Program-made: the position numbers and the translations under genes | Shown here: piece by piece, positions 27,926 to 44,649 of the stretch | Position numbering within the stretch: position 1 is the first letter of the stretch | How the letters are laid out: each line of letters begins with the position of its first letter | From: Chrysomallon squamiferum | Taxonomy: Eukaryota > Animalia > Mollusca | Assembly (NCBI GenBank): GCA_012295275.1 | Contig: CM022675.1 | Location: forward strand, 10,974,001 to 11,038,000 | DNA length: 64,000 nt | Reading direction: 5' to 3' | Notes under the pieces: model-generated | Seen by the model: the letters and a program-made list of their open reading frames with translations, nothing else | What the model was told of the DNA's origin: nothing | The model's database searches: none

Positions 27926-28623
27926 CATTATTAAAAGTACTTGAAGATAACAAACTGGCGTACAGTCATCTAGCTATGTGGCATTTCGATTATTTATCTA
28001 CGAAATCGACAGGTGTTTGTTTTAACGAAACAAAACAAAGACATTTTTACAACGATAAACTGAAAACCGACACTTGTTCGCTTTGCACAGAATCAGTACA
28101 GCATGACGAACAATTGTATAACACAGAGAGAAAAGAAATTCTTTTCCTTCTTCTTTTTTATTTATTTATTTTTCATTTTTTTATTTTTTTTAAAACTCTT
28201 TCTCTCGTCATTTCGTCCTTATGATCACAATGCTCTTGTTTTTTCTAAAAAAAAAAAAAAAAAAAAAAATGAAAACATTTCTCTTCGCAAAAACTAGATG
28301 CATAAGTAATAGTGAACAGACACGCACGTGTCGAACTTTGGAAATAATGTTTCACACTCTGGGATCAGATACGCAGGGCAGAGGTGAAATTTTTGTAACG
28401 AATGCGTTCCTATCACGGAATGCCACGAAAACGCGGCCTAAACAGGCTCACGCTTGAGACAAATCGGAATCAATTTAAGTAGGTATAAACAACGGTTCAT
28501 TTGACACCCGAGTAGCATGCCTCGGACAGATCTCCCCGGCTCACTGCCCACGAAATGCATGCTTGAACAGCTCTACAATGGACAAAAAAGAACAACAACA
28601 AACAACAAAACAACATATATATA

Positions 28624-28657
<34 letters not shown>

Positions 28658-28734
28658 AATATATATATATAATTATCATGTATCATTGTAGAGTGCATAT
28701 CGGTCACGTGTTTCTATATACGTCTATTTTTTTA

Positions 28735-28775
<41 letters not shown>

Positions 28776-30526
28776 TTTTTTTTTTTTTTTTTTTTTTTTA
28801 TCGGTTACAAAATTACAGTATTCCGTTGTTCAGAGACAAATCTGTAATATCTAACTCTTTTTTATTTATTTATTTATTTATTTTTTGTTTTTTGTTTACG
28901 TCATTATTCGCTATTTTGTACTTAGCATATAATAAGCCGGAGATGTAAGTGAATATTCGTTATTTGTTATTAGCATAATTATAATAAAACAAATATAAAA
29001 ATGAACACCTCAAAGTGTATTACGTGAATATATTACATCTACTAGCAGGATGTTTTTCCGAATTCATCAAACCTCACAAAAGTATAATGGCTACAAACGC
29101 TGAAATTATTACACCTTTTTTTTTCAGAAATTTTTATTAAAATAGCGGAAAAAAGACCATATTTTGCATTATTACTCATTATTAGTTATTTATTTTTAAT
29201 ATTTTGTATGTGCACGAGTGCGCACGTGTGTGTGTGTGCGTGCATGCGAGTGTTAAACAATATGATAAATAATACTTCATTGACATCAAAAAAGATGATT
29301 ACATTTTTATAGTGGTTCTGTTCTCTGGTTATTGGAATACTTGTATTTACTTTTTTTTTTTCTTTTTCTTGTTTTCTTTCTATTATTCTTTCGTTTTCTC
29401 TCATAAGTCACCAGTATTAATCTCTTTGAAGCACCTTGCTTCTAAACAGTGTCTCCACAGCAAATGTCATCATCATCATCATTCTATTCTATTCTATTCT
29501 ATTCTGTTCTATATTTTTCTGTCTCATTGTCTCTTAGTTTATATGTTGTTGTTTATTTATTTTATTTTTTTGTCTCTTTCATCATCATCATCATCATCAT
29601 CATCATTTTCTTTTCAGTTTTCTTTTTCTTATTGTTATTTTTGATCCCATTATACGTCATCGTCATCATCATTATATCTTTCATCTTCTTTTTTTTTTTT
29701 TTCTTCTTATTATTATCATTTCTTCGTCTTTTCAACATCGTCATTATCTATTCTTTTTTTTGTTTTGTTTTATTAATGTTTATTTTAATTCTTTTCTTTT
29801 TCATCATCATTATCAACATTATTTTTCTTCTTCTTCGTCTTATTCTTCTTCCATTTTCTTCATTTTTCTTCTTCTTCTTCTACTTCTACTTCATCTTCTT
29901 ATTGTTTTTACTGATCGCATAATTTCTTTTTGTTTCCATCATCATCATCGTCATGATATCTTTTTGTTTTTTTTTTCTTCTTCTTCTTCTTCTTCTTCTT
30001 CTTCTTCTTCTTCTATTCTTACTGTCCTTTCTTCCACTACTTCGTTCACTTCTAGATAAAAATGAAATATGATCATGGCCTTTACCTCCGCCACCAGACT
30101 GTTGAAGTGGTGTTCCCCAGAGACCAACGCAATGAAATTCTTATTTCATATTCATGCCCTGGCGCTCAAGCCGAGGTGACATATTGCTTAAAAATGTTAA
30201 ACTTTGATTCCGCTGAGAAAATATGAAGATTAGAGCAGCTCAGTGATAAATTGTATCAATTTGAGGAAAGGAAACAGTTTAAAGTTCAAGCGTTTAGTCT
30301 TGAAAAAAAAAAAAAATAAAAATATATATATATATATATAATCGAAAGAAACGAAAAAAAAGGAAGCCAAGGAGAAAATGTAGATATGTTATAGGCAGAT
30401 ATATAGACAGACTGATAGACATAGAGACAGATTCATAGATAGTTAGATAGATAGATAAATGGATAAACATATGGATAGATAGAGACACAGACAAATGCAT
30501 ACATACATGAATACATACCTACCTAC

Positions 30527-30569
<43 letters not shown>

Positions 30570-30732
30570 GACATATTGTACACATATATAAATACATACA
30601 TATATATATGTTCAGATATAAAAATAAAACAGTTATATACATACATGTATGTATACAGATAGACAAAGAAAGAGATAAAACACTTATATAAATAGACAGA
30701 GAGGGAGGGAGAGAGAGAGGGAGGGAGGGAGG

Positions 30733-30790
<58 letters not shown>

Positions 30791-31498
30791 TGAAACATAA
30801 ACACTTGGAATCATTGATATTCCACACTTATGAAGAGCAACATGTTTAGTTCAAATGCAATAATACTATTCCAATAAACGCGGAACAAAAACGCAATATC
30901 CGTTCATTCATTCATTCTGGCGATGTCAATCGCTTTTATTTATCGCCTTTTAGAACAATCACAAAAAAATAGCCCACACGTGTGGCAGTGGTTCACGTGC
31001 ACTACTGGGACAAGTTATTCTGTCGTTTTGGACACCTCTGCACAAAACAGCTCAATCATTACCATATCTTTTTGGATTCTGGAGTCCAGAAAGGTCATGA
31101 TCATTTCCATATTATTCTGCACCTTCTGACAATAACAATGCTTCTTCTTTCGCCAATTACTTCATTTGTTCTGTCCATTATAGCACTTTCATAAATGTAA
31201 TCTGAAGCTCTTTAAAGCGACACGGATTATGGAAGTTTTAAACAAAGCATGAAATGGAAGAACAATTATAAACATATGTCGACTGAAATTAACAAGGTTT
31301 TTAACAAAATGTGTGGTCATACATTTCGTGTGTTGATATCTTACTGTCTAAGCGCGTACGCCAGCACCCCACAGAAAGTTTGGTGTCAGATCATTGTATG
31401 CAAATTATTTGCCTGCTCGTGAATATTAATTTGAAGGCTAGGTTTTTGCACTTTTTTCTCAGGTCATTTTTCGTTTTGAGTGTAGCATTATTATTGTT

Positions 31499-31610
<112 letters not shown>

Positions 31611-31983
31611 ATTTAATTATTTATTATATATTTTATTTAATCGCTTGTTTCTTCGCCATTTTGGTATTATCTAACATTAACTTTACTTCATTTTGCCACG
31701 TTTATAAGTAGCATGTACTTTTAATGCGTACAAAATCACGCATCCAGTTTCAAAAGTGCATTCTGAGAAAATTGCGAGTGACAAAGCAGTAGTTAATGTT
31801 TTATTAAATTACGTGATGGTCGATCGAACAGAAATTTAATGGAACATAAACATACAACAGATGCAAATAAAAGATGAACGCTGTATCTGTTTCTATATAT
31901 AATTAAAACAAAACTGATACGGGCAACTGTGCGGATAAAAATTTAAAAGAAGGATTGTCAGTTTGTTATTTGATATATCAGTC

Positions 31984-32249
<266 letters not shown>

Positions 32250-32988
32250 TGTATAATATTTCTCCATCTTTTTCTGGGTTTTTTCTGTCTCCTTTTTTTT
32301 CTAATTAAATAAATCAAATGAAATAGAATAGAATAGAATAGAATGAAAACAAAATATGCATGTTTTTCCTTACACTTCTACACACCTTCCTCGTACAATC
32401 AAAATATTTAAAGTTATTTCGCTCTTTTCATTTCTTAGCCGTTGGTCTAGGCCTGTTTTGCAACTTAGGACGAATGATATACGACCCTCATAGGAAAACA
32501 AACATTTTGAAGATTCCTTGTCATTTGTAATTTACTGAATTTTACAAAACCACATGAGCAATGGTTTGTGACACACAAATTGCAAACATATTTACAACCT
32601 CAAAGAAAAGAAATGTGTCGTAGATCAGAACGGAATTTTAAATACTACTACTACTGCAACTACTACTACTACTACTACAACAACAACAACTACTACTATT
32701 AATACTACAAGACAAACTGCAACAACTGCAACTACTGCAACAACTGCAACTACTACAACAACTGCTTGTGATGGTGTTTTTAGTACAACTACGACTGTAA
32801 ACCACTAATGTTACTCCTGTTTCAATTTTAACGTCAATAACATCAGCTACAGCAGCATCAACAATAATAATAGATAGGTAGAGACTGACTGATAGATAGA
32901 CGATAGAAAGACAGATAGCAGATACAGAGATAGATAGACAGACAGACAGACAGAGAGACAGACACAGAGACAGAGAGGAATACCTGCT

Positions 32989-33043
<55 letters not shown>

Positions 33044-34521
33044 ATAGATGGACAGATAAGTCATCTACTTGTTTTATTTCCAAATTATGTATATATTTCT
33101 CTGTCTCTATATTTCTCCCTCAGTGTCTGTAATATTCTCCTAATATATCTTGCAATTTGCTTAATGCAGTGGCAACACCTTCAATAAGTTAAACTTTTCT
33201 TTCTTCTTCCTATAATAAAGGACAAATATTTACAATTCATTCACAGAGGAAGAACAAATCATTCTTTGCGGAATCCAGTGATTTATTTCCTACAGGACAA
33301 ACAGACACACACACACACACACAGAGAGAGACTTGGAATATCAAACCAACAGGAGGCTCAGAAATCATATATCTTTGTAATCTTTTATTGCGATGTATGT
33401 CCGTATTTCAGCTACATCTGATGACACCAAGGTGATTTCGTTCGGGATCAAGTTATACGCCAATTTTTTTTTTTGGTTTTGTTTTTCGTCTGGTAAAACA
33501 ATCCCTTGTTTTAGTACAGACACGCATGACGAACGCTCGAGAGCCCAGCTTCATCTTGTAAATCAGTCTACGGAGCGCGAAACGAAATAATTCACGAGCA
33601 GAGACAAGAGGATATTTGACGCTGTAACTCTTTTGTCAATAACGATGCACCAGACAGGCGAGCTTGGGCTTGTGGCAATAAAACCGTCTCGTCCCGTATC
33701 GAAATATGGCCGAATAGAAAACAGCGTTTGTTGGCTCAGTACAGACGGGGCTATTATCAAAACAAATAGTTCTCAATTGCGACAATTTGCACAAGAGCGA
33801 GAATGGTCTCTAAATAACGTTTTATTCGTTTTCGTTTTAATTACTGGGATTAATGAACAGCCTCCTACTTACAGCGAGCGTTTTACTTCCTAGGCTTGTA
33901 TTATAAAGGATTATCTGACGCCATGCTTAGAAAAACAAAACAAAAAAACAAAAAACAAAACAAACAAAAAAAAAAATATTTTATTTCTTTCGTAATTTTT
34001 GTTAATGTTTGTTATTGTTTTCGTTTATGACAGGCTTAAATAAATAATACTTAATTTTATGGGATTCCTGTGTCTTGTTCAGCGATCCGTGAAATCTGGG
34101 TGGAAATGTAAAGATTAACTGTTTTGACTGTTTGGTAAATGGATTATCTAAATAAATCTCTTGTTAAACATACACGTATTGTTTTAAATATATTTTTAAC
34201 TTTTTTGAACTGAATGTGTCTGATTACTTATTTCGTTATATTTGGTGAACTAATATTTACCTTTTTATTCTTTTTATCTTTTTTTTTTAAATATTTTTAT
34301 TAATTTTTTTATTTTCTAATCTATTAACGTTTTAGCTTCAGTGTTTGTTCGGTTATTATTATTATTAATATTTATAATTGTGTGATATAGTACATCTGAC
34401 GCCTTTGCGTTATTTACTTAGTGTTATCATCTTTTAAAACATTTAATATAACTTTCTTTTAAAAGTCTAATTCTTACTTTCAATTAATTATATCGTTATT
34501 TTTATACATGCATCACATATA

Positions 34522-34584
<63 letters not shown>

Positions 34585-35136
34585 CATGGGTCAACATTAA
34601 TTATCGCTGAAAGATGATCACAGTTTTTAACATTACTATTTGTACGCTGCATAACTTTGCTAATGTGATCCAGTGGTATTTCATGCTACATTTAATGTAA
34701 AATATTTATTGTTTCTTTGTTCTTTTTTTCACTGTGATATATTTGTTTCTTCATCTTCTTCTCCTTCTTATTTATTCATTTAATTAATTTTATTTTAGAA
34801 TATATATATATTTATTTATTTAATTAATTTTATATTAGTATATATTTATTTTATTTTATTTTAGAATTATATTTATTTATTTATTTATTTTATTTTAGTA
34901 TATATATATTTATTTATTTATTTATTTTATTTTATTTTAGTATATATATATTTATTTATTTATTTTATTTTATTCTTAGTATATATGTATCATTTCTTAT
35001 TTATTCTTTTTTTTTTTTTTTTTTACCGTTCTATAATTAACTGCTTTATTATTTTAATTTTTCTTCTTTCTAAATACATCAACATTTTTTTTCTTCCTTC
35101 CCTTTATAGTTAATTTCTTTTCTATTCTCAATCTAT

Positions 35137-35167
<31 letters not shown>

Positions 35168-36007
35168 TTATGCACTTTATTTATTTAATACCTTCATTGA
35201 TTAATACAATTTTAATAAATACCTCTTTAATTCTGACGTTTTCATTTTTCATTTCCATTTTACGTCTTCTAATTATTTGTTTTGCTGTCACATTAATTCC
35301 ATCAGTTTTACACTCGCTTGTTATTTTATATCATTAATTCGTTCATCATTATTTTAACCAGGATAATATATTTTTTTTGTATTTCTTTTCCTTTCATTCG
35401 TTCTGTCCTTACTTTCTTAGTTTATTTTAATTTTATTTTATATCATATCAATCTTTATTTTTTATATCATTCAATTTCTTTCTTTCTTTTCCTTCCTTCA
35501 TTCGTCCTTTCCTACTTTCTTCGTTCGTTCCTTCCCTTCCACTACACCTCTGCAGATGAAATTAAAATTATTATTATTATTATTATTATTAGAAAAACGG
35601 AAGCAATAAACTGGAAGACGGCGATGAAAATATCTTCAGACTTGAACGCAGCGCCGTAAAAATAAAAATAATGACGCAATAATTCAGATTATATCGTGCG
35701 GCTAATTTTGCGAGTCGTCTTTGTAGATGTCATTTGTTGTTTGTTTCTCTCCAGTGTCTGTCTTCATTTTACAAATTTCCGTCATTTTTCTCACCTAAAT
35801 ACATATATCATGCTTAACAATGATGTACATTTCACTACTGTAACGTGGCAAGCGAAAAAAAAACAACAGACAACAACAAAAAAAAACACATCCAGGATTA
35901 ATTGCTTCGTGTTTGTTTGAGAACATTATGTAAGTGAATAAAAAAAAAAGGTGATAATGTGATAAACAGCTGAAGTATGTAAGTAAAACATTTTACCTTG
36001 TTATAGT

Positions 36008-36104
<97 letters not shown>

Positions 36105-37059
36105 CTGATTTATTGTTAAGTGAGGTGTGTAACTCAGCAAGATTAATAATATGAATAAATGGATTAATTTTACTTTATTATTATTACTGTCATTATTATT
36201 ATTATTATCATTATTATTATTATTAATAGTTGTAAGAATAATAGTAGCAGTAATAGTAATAATGGTAATAGTCGTAACAGTAGATACTATTTATTTATTT
36301 ATTTATTTATGTATTTGGTTGTTTGTTTATTTGTATCAGTTATATCTTCGTTTATTTCTTCTTTGTGTAAATATGTACGATAATAATGATGATGATAGCA
36401 GTGCATATATATTATATTATATATATATATATGTGTGTATGTGGATAGCTAAATACAGAGGTAGATAGATAGATAGATAAATAGATCAAATTATTTTATT
36501 TTTATTCATTTATTTAATTTTACAAAATCAGGAGAAAAATGAATGATAATAAAACTTCTCTCATCAAAATTTAAAAGATTTAATCTTAATTAGATCGTTA
36601 TTTCTTTGATCTTTTAATCTTTATTTATTTATTGTCTTTCATTTCCAGAATAAAGCATCCTTATCCATAACACAATTTTCTGAAGACGACAAAAACATTT
36701 ATTTACGTTCGCTTTCTTTAATTTTTTTTATTAAAGACATAAAATTTCGTAACTAATTATTGTTATCTTGTTAGATTTATCTAAATTATCAACGGTGTCT
36801 GAATTAAAAAAACAGGAAAAAAAAACACAGAAATTACATTTTATTAGCACAAAGATAAAATCATAATAAGGAAACAAGACGAGCACAATGGTGAAAATAG
36901 GAAATTTGTGGATTTAACGACAGTTCAGCCGATTTGAGAGAAAATGAAATCTGTAATTTCTTTCTTCTAAAATAGAAAAAAAAAAAAATAGAAAGTAAAA
37001 TAAAATTACTGACATTTTCTATGCTGGAATTATTTAATTATTTATTTATTTATTCTTTC

Positions 37060-37145
<86 letters not shown>

Positions 37146-37280
37146 CCATTTATTTAATTTTTATCTATTTATCTCTCTTTCTGTCATTCAGTCTGTCTAT
37201 ACAGTGAAGATAACAATTTTGATAGCTGATTGCAATGTAAGACATCTGACAAAAATAAGAAAATATCATGTAAATTTAAA

Positions 37281-37312
<32 letters not shown>

Positions 37313-38925
37313 ATAATAATAATAATAATTAATAATAATGATGACGACGATGATGATAACAATAATAATAATAATAATAATAATAATTAATTATAATGAT
37401 GACGACGATGATGATAACAACAGCAACAACAATAATAATAATAATATTTTGACAATAACAACAATAGTAATAATAAAATGATAACTACGATATTGAGTTC
37501 TGTGATCATCATGTTGTATAAACTAAAAGTAAACTAACTAAATAAATAGGCTAACTAATTAATGCGGATTACGTTATATACAATAAAATAAGACTTACAA
37601 ATTCTAAAATTAATAATAATGAAAAAATATACAAATAAAGAAAGAAAGAAAAAATAAATAAATAAACCAAAAAATGAAATAAAATGGTATTGAATGAAAA
37701 AAAAAAATTATAAATAAAACTGCAATATAAAAACAAAATAAAGAATATAAAATAATAAGATAATGTAAAATAATCGTAAATAATAGCAATCTCTCAATAC
37801 AGTTGCAAAAATTAATGTAAATTATCAAAATATGAATGAATGAGTATTTCAGTTCAAAAAAAAAAAAAAAAAAAGAAGACGGAACAAAGATGAAAAATAA
37901 AACAGAAAAGAACAAACAAAACAAAACGAAACAAAAAAACAAAAAAATCAAAAGAAACAACAACAACAACAAAAATAAAATATCCATCGTGATACAAAGA
38001 GATAAACAGAGTGATAAACAAACAAATAAATAAAAATAAATAAATAAATAAAATGAAATAAAATAAAATAAAATAATAATAAAATAATAACAAAATAATA
38101 ATAAAATAAAATAAAATAAAATAAAATAAAATAAAATAAAATAAAATAAAATAACAAAAAATAAAACAAACAACTTAAAAATTTAGAATTTAAACACCAC
38201 ACTCAAAAGAAATAGCAAATTCTAGCAAACCAGTCAAAATAACTATACCAACAATCCACAGTTAATCTTTTACAATTTTCTTCCAGAATTTCTCATTAGC
38301 AAAGAAACAACGCTAACAAAACAGCCACCACACAAAATCAGAACAAAACAACAAATTAAAAATCCCGTTACTTTTTTCTTCTTTTTTTTTTCATCATCCC
38401 GGCTAACACAAACACAACCTTCACTCCAGACCCCTTTTTATTAGTCTAAGGCAAACACCAAGAAACATTTTGACGTGTCTACCAACGTAGCAAACGCATC
38501 TAACTTTAATGGAGCCTCTAACACATAAATCCACGATCTGCGCTACTGTCGACAAATACGAACACGACATAACAATAAAACTTAACGATAATTTCCCCTT
38601 TTCCCGAGCTCTCTTACGAAGAAGATCAGAAAACGCCGGCGTTTTCATGATGGCCGCGGATAGGACAGTGGGTTTTTTTTTCTTTTTTTTCTTGAAGATT
38701 TTGGAAAGTACGGTTCTTTCGCCACATTTGCTGGTAAATGTATCTCGCCACACAGGGCGACTCGGGCCGTAACCTAATTGTTTCTCTATAAAAACACAGT
38801 AACTGCCTCTTAAAGAGACCATTTCTTTCCGCACCTTGCAACTGCAGTTTGCTACGCGGTTTTATTTATAGGGAGAATCACTGATGAATAAGTTACTCGA
38901 GTAAACAGGTAGATAGACAGATGTA

Positions 38926-38988
<63 letters not shown>

Positions 38989-39252
38989 ATGATTTAATTC
39001 GTAATCGAAAAATAAATTAATGTTTAATAATACCGTACAGAGAGCCAGTCATCCTAAGATAGAATGATGAAAAATAATCTTATCTGGATCACTATTAAAA
39101 AAATTAATATCTTTTTAATAAGTTAAACAATGAATGTTTTAAAGCTGCAAATATGTAAACAAAGGCACTACATTAATATGCGGTCTCCCCATTTAAAAGC
39201 ACATATTTATAATTTCTTTTTGTGTGACTCTGCTGTTTCTGTTGAATTTCAG

Positions 39253-39283
<31 letters not shown>

Positions 39284-39534
39284 CTATTGTATTCTGTTTA
39301 AAGTATTAGCAACATATACTGAACTAAAATCATTTTAATTTAAATACTACTACTACTACTACTACTACTATTACTACTACTACTATAACTACTACTGCTA
39401 CTTCTACTGCTACTACTACTAATAATAATAATATGAAGAAGAAGAAACTTTGTGATAGTTTAGTAGCAAGAAAAGTAAATGTGTTTCTGTTGTTATTGTT
39501 GCTCTCTTATTATTATTATTATTATTACTACTAC

Positions 39535-39618
<84 letters not shown>

Positions 39619-40191
39619 CTAGTAATAATAGTGGTAAAAGAAGTATAATAAGTTTGCTACAAATTGACACTGAGATAATATTAGAGTGAAGTTTGCACTG
39701 ATGAAATTATTTACAATTATGGAAACAATATACACGTGCATGCACTCACGTACGCACGAACATATCGTGAACTTCAAAAATAAAAATAAGGAAAGGTTAA
39801 AAAAATTAAATATAGAATGTAATAATAAGGACACAAAAATAAATAAATAAATAAATAGATAAATAAATAAATGACTTGGTAAAAAATAAAAAATAAAAAA
39901 TGTTCAAGAAGGAAATAAATGTTTGCAATTTTGACGCTTCAGAAATCACACCCAGTAAACTAGTAACAGTAGCAGCAGCAGTAGTATAGTTGTAGTAGTG
40001 GTAGTAGTAGTAGCAGTAGTAGTAGTAGATGTAGTAGTAGTAGTAGATGTAGTAGTAACAGTAATAGGAGTAGTTAACAATAGCAACTGTAATAGATAAA
40101 TATTTTTTTATGGAAATAAATAAATTAATTTAAAAATTAGAAGTAATAAACATACATTTTTAAAGATATTAAATAAATAAATAAATAAAAA

Positions 40192-40353
40192 AATAAATAC
40201 CGTTACAAAAAAATCCGTTTAAAAAGAATAAATTAATTAAAATAAAGAAATAAATACCCTTTTAAAAAAAAAAAAATCCGTTTAGAAAGAATAAACAAAC
40301 AAAAAAAATAAATAAATAAATACCCTTTAAAGAAAAAAAAAAAACTCCGCCTG

Positions 40354-40355
<2 letters not shown>
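40192..40355. repeat. Three diverged tandem copies of an ~60-bp A-rich unit (AATAAATACC...AAATCCG)
   Basis: AAATACC followed by an A run and TCCG occurs three times in series. Confidence 0.7.
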
Positions 40356-40391
<36 letters not shown>

Positions 40392-40979
40392 CCTTGCTTA
40401 TACCGCATTAACAGTGTGACATTCAACATCATTATTATTTCAAATTCATTTCTGTTTTATTTCGTCGATTTCTCACAAAACCGTCGAAATTTCAACACGA
40501 GAACACTCTCTTCAGTATGCAAAAGCGTATTCATCGAAAGTGCAGGGCAGCTGTTAGGCTCACAATTTGTTGATATTTATCGACCTCGGGAACATCCAGC
40601 GTTTTGATAGATGGTTTTGAAGGGGCGCTGTCGGTGTTTTTCACCCCCCCCCCATTCGTTTTTATGGGTAACTCTCTTCTGGAGTCGATTTTTATTAACC
40701 CCCGGGGATCGTTTAATGTTTCCAATCTACCAGGGGTGGTGAAAAGTCACAAAGTGGATCTCTGAAAAATGCATGGGCACATTTAAGCGTGCCTTCGCCT
40801 CGTACGTGTCTGTTAAACAGAGAATATGCATTAAAAACCGGCGACGACATTTTGTAAAAAAAAAAAAAAAAAAAAAGGTCGTTCTGGTTTGATCTATGGA
40901 CGAGGTGAGGTCTTTGTAGGAAGAATGTTGGCGATTAGAAAGTTACGAGAAGGTGTGTAAGAGATTTACTGTGTGCGTA

Positions 40980-41018
<39 letters not shown>

Positions 41019-41251
41019 GTTGGTAATAGTAGTATTAGTAGTCGTAGTAGCAGCATTACTGTCGTTATTTGTGTTTATTATTATCGTTGTTGTTGTTGAT
41101 GTTGTTTTAATTGTTATTACTATTAGAAGTAGTAGTAGTAGTAATAGTAGTGGTAGTACTAGTAGTAGTAGTAGTAGAAGTAGTAGTTTTGTAGCAGCAT
41201 TGTTGTGTTGTTGTTGTTGTTGTTTTTGTTGCTGTTGTTTATGTTGTTTCA

Positions 41252-41302
<51 letters not shown>

Positions 41303-41631
41303 TAGATCTTCTTTAAGGAAAAGATATTAAAAATTACAAATGTAATTGATAAACAAATAACAACTAACTTATTAACTGAATAAGTACATAAATAAATAAA
41401 TAAGTAGTTAACTAAAGTGTGTGATAATCTGTATTTGTTGTACTGACAATAAAAGCAATAAAACGCAGCAATAAAAGGTTTCTGTTTATTTATTTATTTA
41501 TTTATTTACTGTATTTTATATTTAAATTACATTCTCCCATGTGACATAATTATCCTCAGTAATATTTTAGAATCCTGGGCATATAAACACATCAACAGCA
41601 ATAAGAGCACGCTGCGAAAAATAATAATAGA

Positions 41632-41985
41632 AACAAACAAACAAACAAAAAAACAAAACAAATAAACAATCAAATAAATAAATAAGTAACTAAGTTAATA
41701 AATAAGCAAACAAATAAATAAGTAAGTAAATAAGTAAATAAATAAACAAACAAAAAAATAATGAAATAAACAAACAAACAAATGAACAAATAAATAAATA
41801 AACAAACAAACAAACAAGTAAACAAACAAAAAAAACAAACACACAAATAAGTAAACAAACAAACAAACAAATAAATAAACAAACAAACAAACAAACAAAC
41901 AAATAAATAAACAAACAAACAAACAAAAAAATAAACAAATACATTTTTAAAAACAAACAAACAAACAAACAAACAAACAAGTAAA
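41632..41985. repeat. (AAAC/AAAT)n mosaic microsatellite
   Basis: Directly visible. Confidence 0.9.
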
Positions 41986-42419
41986 CAGTGGCCTTCGAAC
42001 GGACCCATGATTAATTCAAAGAGATGCCAGTGTACGTTATCGTTATAGATTTCTGAAATTGATCTGTCATCATGTTTATATCTTCTCCTGGGGAGACCAC
42101 TGAGCGAGGCTGGACAAAAAGTAATTAAATATTCATAACGCCGAGGTCACCAGGAGGCCAAAGCACGTCGTGTACATATGGTTTAATTGATTAAAAATTT
42201 GCTTCTTCTCGCAGCGGTGACTACTTTGAAGTTTTAGCGTCGACATTATGTAAAACAAGTTCATACATATGTAAATTATACGGTGTCATTAATATAGGAC
42301 ATATAAAGCATATATATATATATATATATTTATTTTTTTATTTTTTTATATTTCGATTTGTTTATGTCCTGTTCTTCTACTTATTATAATTTTTTGTTGT
42401 TGTTTATTTGTTTCTTTGC

Positions 42420-42450
<31 letters not shown>

Positions 42451-42915
42451 TTTTATTTTTTATTTTTTTATTTATATTAAGTTAACTTTTAGGTGAAACA
42501 TTAAAAATATGTTAGAAATTGCGTTTTAAATACTAATTTACTGACAGACTTTGATTCCGTTAATTATTCAATTATTTTAACTTTTTGAGCAGAAGCATTT
42601 ATGTGTCATGAATTATTCTAATATATAAATACGACATCAACTTGGACATATATGTAAAGAAATTGATTTTTAATTGCATTTCTACTCCCGTATCATTTTG
42701 TTATGTCGTAGTTTTTGCTTTTTTTTTTTTTATATTTCATACTGTTTTGTTGCATTTTTTCTTTTGTAAATTATAACATGTATTTGTCCATACACACACA
42801 GAGACAAATACGCTATTACCATAACTATTATTTATTGATATATATTTATCTATTATCTGCTTATAAGTATGATTCTGTAGCGCATTAAAATTTCATTTTA
42901 TTATAATTATTGTTA

Positions 42916-42977
<62 letters not shown>

Positions 42978-43161
42978 ATTAAATTTCGCTTTCCATTTTC
43001 CTTTTCTTATACATAACTTTCGTTTGAATTAAAATTTGAATTATGTTCAGTATTTACTATCACTAAAACCATGTACTCCATCATCACAGCTTTATTCTAT
43101 CAGTTCAGTCAAACATAAGAAATATCTTTAGTTATGCACATAGTCATGAAATATTATAGCT

Positions 43162-43218
<57 letters not shown>

Positions 43219-44530
43219 TTATTATTGTTGTTGTAGTTGTTGTTATCATTATTTATTTATTTATTTACTTACTTACTTACTTACTTATTTATTTATTTTT
43301 ATTTATTTTTTATTTTCTAACAGAGTATATTATAATAGATTTCAAAACGTTTAATGGACTTGTGGACCCACCTGTTTTTCGATTAGCTCTGAACAGAAGC
43401 CAACGTTAGAACACGGTTCATGCATCTGTTAATCTTAAGGAGAAAAAAGTGAAGCACAATATAAACATCATTTGTTATTTTTGCATTTAGTTAGTTTACG
43501 AAAGGTTACCGAGTACCATGAAAGAATTTTATTTTATTATTATTATAATTTTTATATATATTTTTTAAATAATCAGATTTGAAAGACTGCATACAACATC
43601 AACCCCAAACTGAAGAAAAAAAGGTACAACGACGACCAGAAAAAAAAAAAAAAAAAAAAAAAAGACAATAAAGGAAAAAAAAATAATAATAAAGAGTAAA
43701 ATCAGTATCTACGTTCACTGGCGTGGAACTAAATACACGATTTAGCATGTAAAGATGTGTGGACACGGTCACATGCCGATGAAATTCAAGCGGCAAAGTC
43801 ACATCCATAAAAAAAAGATTATAAAATGAAAAGGAGAAATGGACCTGTAGTCAACTGACATCATCGTAGCCGTTACCCATGGCGGCCCACGGAACAGTCG
43901 TCAATGGAAACGACGACGTTCTGTCTCTGTGTGTATTTGTGTTCTTTGTAGAATGAAAGTATTCTTTGTGCGTTTTGCTCTAAACCGCCCCGTGTTTCAT
44001 ACTGATTTGGATTTTGGAGTTAACCTTCCGAAAGAGACAGGGCAATAAACGGGAATCTCTCTCTGTTGGGGGTAGGTATTCTATTCTTTTTTTTTTTTCA
44101 CGAAGCTGTTTTCCTGTGAAAGTAATACACCCAGCTTAGGAAAGAAAAAAACAAGTAGGAGGAGTAGAAGAAGAAAATGAAGACGAAGAAGAAGAAGAAG
44201 AAGAAGAAGAAGAAGAAGCAGAAGAAGAAGTGAAGGAAGAAACAGAAGAAGAACAAAAGGGCATGAATAAGAAGAATAAATAAAAGACAAAGAAGAAAAT
44301 AATAATAATAAGAAGAAGAAGAAATAAAAAAAAGAGAAATGAAAGACAAAACAACTCAATTGTAAGCGAGTTCTTTCATACATCTACAGCAAAACCCCCA
44401 AACACGTTTAAACATTTATTATCAATTAGCCTTTCTCTCATTTTTAAAAATTTGTATAGTGTATGAGTTATGAATTAATTGTTTTATTAACTATTATTTC
44501 ATTTAAAGTTAGAACAGCTTTTTTATTATT

Positions 44531-44580
<50 letters not shown>

Positions 44581-44649
44581 CATCATCGTAATCATAGTAT
44601 ACATTATTATCATCATCACCATCATCGTCAACACGATTATTTATTTATT

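Noticed and set aside
30840-31480. Unique CpG-poor stretch suspected to be a transposon coding fragment
   Set aside because: The short ORFs show no recognisable reverse transcriptase, endonuclease or transposase motifs.
40615-40742. CTCF-like motifs (GAAGGGGCGCTG, CTACCAGGGGTGGTG)
   Set aside because: Several mismatches to the core consensus; not supportable without a PWM scan.
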